53,643 bases of DNA from Myxococcales bacterium. Lineage in GTDB: Bacteria > Myxococcota > Myxococcia > Myxococcales > Anaeromyxobacteraceae. Position 1 is the stretch's first letter; the number at the start of each line of letters is the position of its first letter. Positions 11,265 through 19,027 of the stretch are shown in pieces. The stretch is taken from contig JBBQEB010000006.1 in NCBI GenBank assembly GCA_038320275.1, positions 1 through 53,643 of the forward strand. Direction: 5' to 3'. Position numbers and translations under genes: made by a program. The notes beneath the pieces are model-generated. The model did no database searches. It was not told the DNA's origin and saw nothing but the letters and a program-made list of their open reading frames with translations.

Positions 11265-11924
11265 GTGAGCGAGGCACCTTCCAGGAGCGAGCGCCTTCCA
11301 GGGCTCGCCGGCCTGTACGCCATCGTCGGCGACGACGACCCGGTGGCGCGGGCGGAGGCTGCGCTGGCGGGCGGTGCGCGCGTGGTACAGGTGCGGATGA
11401 AGGCTTCCGGGGCGGGCGCCATCGTCGAGGCTGCGGGCCGCATCGTCGAGCTGGCGCGCGGCCGGGCCCTCGTGCTGGTGAACGATCGTGCCGACCTCGC
11501 GCTCCTCGCCGGCGCCGACGGAGTGCACCTCGGAGAAGACGACCTCCCCGTTCCCGAGGCGCGGGCGCTCCTCGGCCCGGCGCGGCTCCTGGGCAGGACC
11601 GCCCGCACGCTCGAGGCCGCGCGCGCCGCGCTCGCCCAGGGCGCCGATCACGTCGGCTTTGGCCCCATCTTTCCCAGCGCCACGAAGCCGCTCGACGTCG
11701 CACCGCGCGGGCTCGCGGCCCTGGCGGAGGTGTGCCGGAGCCTGCCGGCACCGGTCGTCGCGATCAGCGGTATCACGCTCGAGAACGTGGAGGCGGTGGC
11801 CCAGGTCGGCGCGTCCGCGGCGGCAGTGATCGGCGATCTGTTCAGCCACGGCGATCCCACCGAGCGCGCCCGGCTCCTCTCCGCGGCGTTCGCCCGGGGC
11901 GCGGGCCGCCGGGCAGGACACTAA
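11265..11924 (+). CDS. thiE: Thiamine-phosphate synthase
   Basis: GLYAI, VQVRMK, VNDRADLA, ADGVHLGEDD, FGPIFPSATK, VAISGI; start estimated. Confidence 0.93.
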   Translation: MSEAPSRSERLPGLAGLYAIVGDDDPVARAEAALAGGARVVQVRMKASGAGAIVEAAGRIVELARGRALVLVNDRADLALLAGADGVHLGEDDLPVPEARALLGPARLLGRTARTLEAARAALAQGADHVGFGPIFPSATKPLDVAPRGLAALAEVCRSLPAPVVAISGITLENVEAVAQVGASAAAVIGDLFSHGDPTERARLLSAAFARGAGRRAGH

Positions 11925-12099
11925 TGCCTCGACCCAGGCATGGCGCCTCCTGCGAGCGCCGATCCTCTCGCTGCGGCAGGCGGCCTCGTCGCTCCGCTGC
12001 TCGCCGTAGCGCTGCTACGACTCCGCTGCTCCCTCCTCGGGCGCCAGCCTCGCTTCGGTCTCGTCGCTCTCGTCACGTCACCCTGCCTGGGTCGAGGCA
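11925..12099. mobile_element. MITE-like non-coding palindromic element, 175 bp
   Basis: Perfect 16-bp inverted repeats TGCCTCGACCCAGGCA (11925-11940) and TGCCTGGGTCGAGGCA (12084-12099); flanks CTAA (11921-24) and CTAG (12100-03); central stem CGTAGC-gct-GCTACG (12005-12019). Confidence 0.72.
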
Positions 12100-12106
12100 C
12101 TAGAGC

Positions 12107-12820
12107 GTGAGCGAGCGCCCGTGGATCGGCGTCACGGTGGACCTCGACGACGGCGGCACCTTCGCGTCCGCGCGCGCGTACGCGGGCGCCATCCTGGATG
12201 CGGGCGGCTTCGCGGTGGCGCTGCCCTTCGACGGCCCCGGCGCGCCCGCGGAGTACCTCGCCGGCCTCGACGCGCTGGTGGTGAGTGGCGGGGCGTTCGA
12301 CATCGCGCCGGAGCGCTACGGCGAGGAGCGCCGCCCCGCCTGCGGCCCGGCCGTCGAGGCGCGCACCACCTTCGAGGCGGCCGCCTGCGAGGCGGCGCTC
12401 GCGTCCGGGCTGCCGGTGCTTGGAATCTGCGGCGGCATGCAGCTCCTCGCCGTGCTGCGCGGAGGCACGCTGTACCAGGACCTCGCCGCCGACCTCGGCA
12501 TCACCTCGCACCAGTGCCCGCCCCCGCGCGACGTCCCCTGCCACACAGTGGAGGTCGCGCCCGGCTCGCTGCTGGCCCGCCTCGCGGGAGGGGAGGGCGT
12601 ACTCCAGGTCAACTCGTCGCATCACCAGGCGGTGCGCGAGCCCGGTCGCGGAGTGGCCGTCACCGCCCGCGCGCCGGACGGCGTGGTGGAGGCCATCGAG
12701 CTCCCGGAGCTGCCTTTCGCGCTGGGCGTGGAGTGGCACCCGGAGCGGCTCGCGCGGAGGGACCCACGCCAGCTCGCCATCTTCCGCGGGCTCGTGGCGG
12801 CGGCGAGCCGGTCGAGCTGA
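12107..12820 (+). CDS. Peptidase C26 / gamma-glutamyl-gamma-aminobutyrate hydrolase family (class I GATase)
   Basis: LVVSGGAFDI, PVLGICGGMQ (Cys), VNSSHHQAV, DGVVEAIE, GVEWHPE (His-Glu). Confidence 0.92.
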   Translation: MSERPWIGVTVDLDDGGTFASARAYAGAILDAGGFAVALPFDGPGAPAEYLAGLDALVVSGGAFDIAPERYGEERRPACGPAVEARTTFEAAACEAALASGLPVLGICGGMQLLAVLRGGTLYQDLAADLGITSHQCPPPRDVPCHTVEVAPGSLLARLAGGEGVLQVNSSHHQAVREPGRGVAVTARAPDGVVEAIELPELPFALGVEWHPERLARRDPRQLAIFRGLVAAASRSS

Positions 12821-13578
12821 TGGTGCGGCGCCGCGACGCGAGCCCTTCGGTGCTGGTCGCGGCGGGGCTCGATCCGTCCGGAGGCGCTGGCCTCGCCGCC
12901 GACGTCGAGGCGCTGCTCGCGGTGGGCGCGCGGGCCCTTCCCGTCGCGACGGCGCTCACGGTGCAGGGGCCACGCGGCGCGCTCGGCTTCGAGCCGGTGG
13001 CGGCGCGGAGGGTGGCGGCCCAGGTGGACGGGCTGCGCGGCGCGCCGGTGGGCGCGGTGAAGGTGGGCATGCTGGGATCGGCGGCGAACGCCCTCGCCCT
13101 GGCGCGGGCGATCGAGAAGGCCGGCTTCGGCGGCGCGCCGCTCGTCGTCGATCCGGTGCTCGCGAGCTCCTCCGGCCTCTCGCTCCTCCTCGATCCGCGC
13201 GGCCGCGGCCCGGCGGCGATCCTGGCACCGCTGCTCGACCGGGCGACGCTCGCCACGCCCAACCTCGCAGAGCTGGAGCTGCTCGCCGGAGCGCCGCTGC
13301 GGACGGACGATGAGCGCGTGGCCGCGGCCCGTGCGCTCGGCTGCGAGGCAGTCCTGGTGAAAGGCGGGCACCGCCGCGGCCCGCCCACGGACCTCCTCGT
13401 CACCCGGGCCGGCGTGGTCCGGGTGGAGGGGACGCGGCGGCGCGGCACGGCCCGCGGCACCGGCTGCCGTCTCGCGAGCGCGGTCGCGGGGCTCCTCGCA
13501 CGCGGCGAGGGCCTGGAACGGTCGGTGCGCGAAGCGAAGCGGGTGGTGGAGGCATACCTCGATCGCTTCAACGTGTGA
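12820..13578 (+). CDS. thiD: Hydroxymethylpyrimidine/phosphomethylpyrimidine kinase
   Basis: AGLDPSGGAGLAAD, TALTVQ, VKVGML, VVDPVL, TPNLAE, LVKGGH, RGTGCRLAS; TGATG coupling to the upstream gene. Confidence 0.92.
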   Translation: MVRRRDASPSVLVAAGLDPSGGAGLAADVEALLAVGARALPVATALTVQGPRGALGFEPVAARRVAAQVDGLRGAPVGAVKVGMLGSAANALALARAIEKAGFGGAPLVVDPVLASSSGLSLLLDPRGRGPAAILAPLLDRATLATPNLAELELLAGAPLRTDDERVAAARALGCEAVLVKGGHRRGPPTDLLVTRAGVVRVEGTRRRGTARGTGCRLASAVAGLLARGEGLERSVREAKRVVEAYLDRFNV

Positions 13579-13587
13579 AACCGCCGC

Positions 13588-14982
13588 TCACCCTCCGGGC
13601 TGCAGCTCCGCGAAGCGCGTGTTGGCCTTGAAGAAGATCAGCTTGACGATCCCGGTGGGCCCCTGCCGCTGCTTCGCGATGTGCAGCTCGATCTCCTGCA
13701 CGTCGGCGCGGGCGGACGGGGGGCCGTCGGCCTCCTTGTCGTCGCCGGGGCGGTGCAGGAACATCACCACGTCGGCGTCCTGCTCGATCGCGCCCGACTC
13801 GCGCAGGTCGGACAGCATGGGCGCGTCGCCCTTGCGCTTCTCGATGCTGCGGTTGAGCTGCGAGAGGGCCAGGATGGGCACGTCCAGCTCCTTCGCCAGG
13901 CTCTTCAGCGAGCGGCTGATGAGCGCGATCTCCTGCTCTCGCGACTGCGCGCCGGCGACGCTCATGAGCTGCAGGTAGTCGACCACCACCAGGTCGAGCC
14001 CCCCCTCGCGCTTGATCTTGCGGCACTTGGCGCGCAGCTCCACCGGAGAGAGGACGAAGTTGTCGTCGAGCCAGATGTTCGCGGAGCCGATGCGGTCGCC
14101 GTGCGCGTTGATGCGCTCCCAGTCCTGCTGCTGCAGGAGCCCCTGGGTCAGCCGCCAGAAGTCGAGCTTCGCCTCCGCCGCCAGGATGCGCATGGCGAGC
14201 TGCTCGGAGGGCATCTCGAGGGAGAAGAGGGCCACCTTCTTGTCCGCGTGCGTCGCCGCGAAGGTGGCGATGTTGAGCGCGAAGGCGGTCTTTCCCACCG
14301 ACGGGCGGGCGGCCAGGATAGCGAGCGTCCCGGGCTGCAGGCCGAGCAGCTTCTGGTCGAGCCCGGTGATGCCGGTGGGCACGCCCGTGATCACGCTCTT
14401 GCCCTCGCGCACCCGGGCCTGTGTCGCCTCGATGGTCTCGATGGCGCGAATCATCGGCTCGGCGATGAGCCGCAGCGTCTCGCTCGCTCCGCCCTGCGCC
14501 GCCGCGAAGACCTCCTGCTGCGCGGCTTCGAGGTACTCCTGCACGTTGGCGCCGGCCTCGTACCCGCGCGCCACGATGGACTGAGCCTTCAGCATGAGCC
14601 GGCGGACGCGGGAGAGCTCTGCCACGATCTGCGCGTAGTGGCGCACGTTGGACGCGGTGCCGAGCCCCTTCCCGAGCGCGAACGGCAGCTCGCGCGGCAC
14701 CGCCGCCCCGAGGAGCCCCTTCGCCTCCAGCCGCTGGTGGAGCAGCACCGGATCGACGGCCTGCTTCTCCTGGGCGAGGTCGGCGCAGGCCTGGAACACC
14801 AGGCGGTGCGCCGTCAGGTAGAAGTCGTCCGCCTTGAGGCGGTCGGCGACGAGGTCGAAGGCGGTCTCCTCGATGAGCAGCGCGCCCAGGACGGCCTGCT
14901 CGGCCTCCACGTTGTGAGGGAGATCGCGGGAGGTGGGGAGGTGAACCGCCGGGGCGGGCTCGCGACGATCGGGCTCGTTCAT
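13588..14982 (-). CDS. dnaB: Replicative DNA helicase
   Basis: PHNVEAEQAVLG, AARPSVGKT, FSLEM, VVDYLQLM, LSQLNR, SDLRESGAIEQDAD, AKQRQGP; no intein. Confidence 0.97.
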   Translation of the reverse strand: MNEPDRREPAPAVHLPTSRDLPHNVEAEQAVLGALLIEETAFDLVADRLKADDFYLTAHRLVFQACADLAQEKQAVDPVLLHQRLEAKGLLGAAVPRELPFALGKGLGTASNVRHYAQIVAELSRVRRLMLKAQSIVARGYEAGANVQEYLEAAQQEVFAAAQGGASETLRLIAEPMIRAIETIEATQARVREGKSVITGVPTGITGLDQKLLGLQPGTLAILAARPSVGKTAFALNIATFAATHADKKVALFSLEMPSEQLAMRILAAEAKLDFWRLTQGLLQQQDWERINAHGDRIGSANIWLDDNFVLSPVELRAKCRKIKREGGLDLVVVDYLQLMSVAGAQSREQEIALISRSLKSLAKELDVPILALSQLNRSIEKRKGDAPMLSDLRESGAIEQDADVVMFLHRPGDDKEADGPPSARADVQEIELHIAKQRQGPTGIVKLIFFKANTRFAELQPGG

Positions 14983-15020
14983 GGGGGGCGGATGGTACCA
15001 GCCAGGCCCGACGGCGACCC

Positions 15021-15117
15021 TGGGGAGAGGACGTGGAAAAGGTTGATTTATCGGGGGAAAGACCGGTGGATGGCGGGTGGAGGGGAGGTGGAGACGCGGT
15101 GGAGAACCGGTGCGACC
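15021..15117. promoter_or_regulatory. Phased array of DnaA-box-like 9-mers upstream of dnaB
   Basis: CGTGGAAAA 15032; GGTGGATGG 15065; GGTGGAGGG 15076; GGTGGAGAC 15087; GGTGGAGAA 15098; weaker copies at 15021, 15053 and 15109; 11-bp period; compare TGTGNAWAA. Confidence 0.5.
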
Positions 15118-15174
15118 CCCTGTCCCGCGGTTCCGTCGCCGTGACCGTTCTAAGATGGCGTCTCCGGAGGCCTC

Positions 15175-18066
15175 ATGCGCACGACCTCGCGACGGCATCT
15201 CCCCCTCGTTCTCCTCGTGGCAGCGGCCTGCGGGGGCGGCTCCAGCGGCAGCGAGCGCGCTCCGGGCGACGAGAGCTTCGTCGCGCGGGCACCTCCAGGC
15301 GGGTCCGTTGCCGCCGGCTTGCCCCTTGGCGCCGGCTCCAGCGGCTCGCCCGCGACGGACGCAGCGGCGACGCGCACGGTGGAGGAGGCGGACCTGTACG
15401 CGCTCGCTGCCGACGGCACCACGCTCTTCGTCCTCAACGGTTTCCGCGGCCTCACCGCGGTGGACCTCGCCGACCTCGACCACCCCGCGCTCCTCGCACG
15501 CGTGCCGCTCACCGGCCAGCCCGTCGACCTCTACCTGCGCGGGGGCATCGCCTACGTCACCGTGCGTGACTCCGTGACCTGGGCCTGGGCGGGGGGAGAG
15601 AGCGCCGTCCGCGCGGGCGGCGGGTCCTGGCTCCTCGCCGTGGACGTCGCGGTGCCGTCGCGGCCGGTGGTGCTCTCCCGGCTCGCCCTCCAGGGCTCGG
15701 TGGAGGAGAGCCGGATCGTCGGCGACGTCCTCTACGCCGTGTCCCGCCGCTGGGGCTGGTGGGAGGCGGTGTCCGGTCCGGGGGGCGCGCCGGACGACAG
15801 CATCTATCTCGCGAGCTTCGACCTCTCCGACCCGCGCGCGCCCCGGCAGGTGGACCGGCTGGATTTCCAGGCGAGCGGGTGGTCCTCGCACGCGAACGTC
15901 ACCGCGTCCACGGTCACGCTCGCGCAATCCGGGTGGGAGAGCGGCGGCGAGGTGACGCGCTTCTCCACCTTCGACATCTCCGATCCGCGCGGACACCTCG
16001 CGGCGGGAGCCACCTTCCGAGCGCCCGGGCGCGTGCTGGATCGCTGGTGCATGGACCGGGACGACGCGGCCGGCATCCTGCGCGCGGTGCTCGCCCGCGG
16101 GAGCTCGGGCGGCGCCACCGTGCGCGCCTGGTCCATGCCGGGCGCCGCCACCGCCACTCCGCTGGGCGAGGTGACGGTGGGCGCAGGGGAGGGGCTCACT
16201 GCGGCCCGCTTCGACGGCCATCGGGCCTACGTCGTCACCGCCCGTTCGTTCGACCCGCTCTTCGTGGTGGACACCTCCGACCCGGTCCATCCCTCGGTGA
16301 CCGGCGCGGTGGAGATGCCCGGCCAGCTCGACTTCATCGAGCCCCGCGGCGATCGCCTGGTAGCGCTGGGCCACACCAACGAGGGCGGGCAGCGCTGGCA
16401 GCTCGCGGCGTCGCTCTTCGACGTCGCAGCCTCGCCGCCGAAGCTCCTCTCGCGCGCGCTCATCGGGAGCGGCCCGGGCTGGGTGAACGCCGGGCCGGAC
16501 GACCTGCGCAAGGTCCTTCAAGTCATCGACGCGCAGGGCCTCGTGCTGGTGCCGTTCAGCGGCTGGGACGACACCACCTGGCGCTTCGCGGGAGGAGTCC
16601 AGCTCCTCGACCTGGCTGGCGACGCGCTCGTGAAGAGGGGCTTCGTGGCCCACCCGGGGGTCGTCACACGCGCCTTCCCGCTCCCCGGACGCCCGGGGCA
16701 GCTCGCCGCCTTCTCCGACCAGCGGCTGCAGGTCCTCGACGCCACCAGCCGCGACACGCCCGTGGAGCGCGGCACCGGTCTCGACCTGTCACGCTGGGTG
16801 GCGGAGCTCGCCTTCGTGAATGGCGCCGCCGCCGAGCTCACCGGGGGCTGGTTCGGTGACGACACCCAGCTCGTGATCGCCTCCTCCGGGGACCTGGACG
16901 CCCCGGTGCCGCTCGCGCGCTTCACCCTGGCGGCGCCCCACGCGCGCCTCTTCACGGTGGGCTCCACGGCCTGGCTGCTGGCGCAGGCTTGGAGCTACGG
17001 GGCGCAGCCGCTCGGCACCGCCGGTTCCGGCGCGACTTCCTGGTTGCAGGCGGTGGACCTGTCCGACGCAGCCCGCCCGCGGGCCGCAGCGCGCCTCGAC
17101 CTCGAGCCACCCGCCGGAACCTCCGGGCTGGGCTGCGGGTCCGCGGAGGATGCGGTGCTGGTGGGCTCCGCGCTGGTTCTGCGCCAGGAGGCAGGCGGCA
17201 AGGGCCGCATATGCGCCGGCGTGGCCGGGGGCGCCCCCGGCTTGCTGCGGAGGGAGGCGAATCCCCCACGCAGCAGCGCGATGGACCCTTCGACCGACGA
17301 GCTCCTCGTGTACGATTTGCAGGATCCCGATGCCCCCAGGCTCGCCTCCCGCCTCACCCTCCCCGCGCCCGCGAACGGCTGGTCCTCCGGTCTCACGCTC
17401 TCCGCCGGCCAGCTCTGGCTCACCCACTTCGAGCAGCTCCCCGGAACGACCACCGGTGAAGGCCGGTACTTCCTCGACCGGATCGACGTGGGACGCCCCG
17501 AGGCGCCGCGCCTCGTCCCCAAGGTGAACGTTCCCGGCACCTTCCTCGCGGCCGAGCCCGGCGGTCGGCGCGTCTACACGCAGGAGACGCTCTGGGAGCC
17601 CAGCCCGACGGACGGCAACGGCACCGGTAAGACCACCACCTGGTTCCGGGCGCTCGACCTCACCTCGCGGGGCACGGCGCGACTTGTCGGCAGCGTCGCC
17701 GTGGATGGGTGGCTGAGCCAGGTGGTGGTGGACCAGGGCTTCGCCTACGCCGTTCGCTACGGGGCGTGGCCCTCGACGCCGAGGTCGTCGCTCGTGGCCG
17801 TCGACCTTCGGGCGCTGCGGGCGGCGACCGCGCAGGACGTCCAGGCGGGCTACGCGTGGCCGCTGGGAGTCGCGGGGGACAAGCTCTTCATCTCCTCGGG
17901 ATTCCCCGAGGCGGTGCTCGTGTACGGCCTCGCCGACCGCGGGCACCCCACCTTCGAGCGCGACCTGGGCACGGGGAGCTCCACCTCCTCGGTGGTCGAG
18001 CACGACGGGGTGGCTTACCTTGCGGGAGGGCCCTACGGAGTCGCCGCCGTGCCGCTCGGCCCTTGA
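15175..18066 (+). CDS. Secreted beta-propeller domain lipoprotein
   Basis: SD GGAGG; lipobox VAAAC; VEEADL, ARFDGHRAYVVT..FDPLFVVDTSDP..P..GAVEMPG; repeated D-x-S-D-P blades. Confidence 0.85.
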   Translation: MRTTSRRHLPLVLLVAAACGGGSSGSERAPGDESFVARAPPGGSVAAGLPLGAGSSGSPATDAAATRTVEEADLYALAADGTTLFVLNGFRGLTAVDLADLDHPALLARVPLTGQPVDLYLRGGIAYVTVRDSVTWAWAGGESAVRAGGGSWLLAVDVAVPSRPVVLSRLALQGSVEESRIVGDVLYAVSRRWGWWEAVSGPGGAPDDSIYLASFDLSDPRAPRQVDRLDFQASGWSSHANVTASTVTLAQSGWESGGEVTRFSTFDISDPRGHLAAGATFRAPGRVLDRWCMDRDDAAGILRAVLARGSSGGATVRAWSMPGAATATPLGEVTVGAGEGLTAARFDGHRAYVVTARSFDPLFVVDTSDPVHPSVTGAVEMPGQLDFIEPRGDRLVALGHTNEGGQRWQLAASLFDVAASPPKLLSRALIGSGPGWVNAGPDDLRKVLQVIDAQGLVLVPFSGWDDTTWRFAGGVQLLDLAGDALVKRGFVAHPGVVTRAFPLPGRPGQLAAFSDQRLQVLDATSRDTPVERGTGLDLSRWVAELAFVNGAAAELTGGWFGDDTQLVIASSGDLDAPVPLARFTLAAPHARLFTVGSTAWLLAQAWSYGAQPLGTAGSGATSWLQAVDLSDAARPRAAARLDLEPPAGTSGLGCGSAEDAVLVGSALVLRQEAGGKGRICAGVAGGAPGLLRREANPPRSSAMDPSTDELLVYDLQDPDAPRLASRLTLPAPANGWSSGLTLSAGQLWLTHFEQLPGTTTGEGRYFLDRIDVGRPEAPRLVPKVNVPGTFLAAEPGGRRVYTQETLWEPSPTDGNGTGKTTTWFRALDLTSRGTARLVGSVAVDGWLSQVVVDQGFAYAVRYGAWPSTPRSSLVAVDLRALRAATAQDVQAGYAWPLGVAGDKLFISSGFPEAVLVYGLADRGHPTFERDLGTGSSTSSVVEHDGVAYLAGGPYGVAAVPLGP

Positions 18067-18106
18067 CTTGAATCCTCCCGCGGCGCCGCCCGTCACAGAA
18101 GGCTCC

Positions 18107-19027
18107 ATGACCCGATCCGCGCGCCCGGCTCTCCTCGCCTGTCTCTTCCTCCTGCTCCCCGGCTGCGCCTTCTTCGGGCGCCTCGCCACGGGCGCCTTCG
18201 AGCGCCCGACGCTCGCCTACGAGTCGTGGTCCACCGACGCCCTCGACCTCGACGGCATCACCATCGGCCTGCACTACCGCCTGGAGAACCCCAACGGCGT
18301 GAGCCTCGACCTGCGCCGGCTCTCCTACGCCCTGGAGGTGGAGGGCCAGCACATCGCGAGCGGCGAGCTCCCGGTGGGCGTCGAGCTCCGCGCCAATGGC
18401 GCCACGCCCCTCGCCATCCCGGTCCGCCTCCGCTGGCGCGACATCCCCGGCTTCATGCAGCTCTTCCTCGCCAAGGACCGCGTGGCGTACCGGGTCACCG
18501 GCAACGCCGGAGTGGGCTCGCCCATCGGCACCGTCGACCTGCCGTTCGACCACCGCGACGAGGTCTCGCTCCCGCGCCCGCCAGGCATCGGCATCGAGGG
18601 CATCACGGTGCGCAACGCCTCGCTCTCCGACCTCTCCATCGAGCTCAACCTGCGCATCGACAACCGGAACGCCTTTCCGCTCCCGGTGGGCGCTCTCGCC
18701 TACGGGCTTCGCCTCGGCGAGCGCGACCTGCTCTCCGGCGGCAGCCATCCGCTGGCGGCAGTCCCTGCGGGCGGGAGCGCGCGGGTCCGCGTGCCCATCC
18801 GCCTCTCCCTCTCCGGAGCGGCGAGCATCCTCGGCGAGCTCCTGCAGGGCGCGCAGCTCAGGCTTCGAGGCCTGGCCGGCTTCGGCGACCTGCAGGTCCC
18901 GGTGGACGCGGGAGCGGAGCTGAAGGACCCGCCGCCCGCGGCCACCGGTGCGCCGCCGTCACCCTTCAGGCTGGAACCGACTTCTCCCCCCGATCCCAGT
19001 GGCGGTGCTGCGCAACCGCGGCGATGA
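18107..19027 (+). CDS. LEA type 2 / WHy domain lipoprotein (two domains)
   Basis: Lipobox LPGC; ENPN...LSYAL and DNRNAFPL...LAYGL motifs. Confidence 0.85.
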   Translation: MTRSARPALLACLFLLLPGCAFFGRLATGAFERPTLAYESWSTDALDLDGITIGLHYRLENPNGVSLDLRRLSYALEVEGQHIASGELPVGVELRANGATPLAIPVRLRWRDIPGFMQLFLAKDRVAYRVTGNAGVGSPIGTVDLPFDHRDEVSLPRPPGIGIEGITVRNASLSDLSIELNLRIDNRNAFPLPVGALAYGLRLGERDLLSGGSHPLAAVPAGGSARVRVPIRLSLSGAASILGELLQGAQLRLRGLAGFGDLQVPVDAGAELKDPPPAATGAPPSPFRLEPTSPPDPSGGAAQPRR

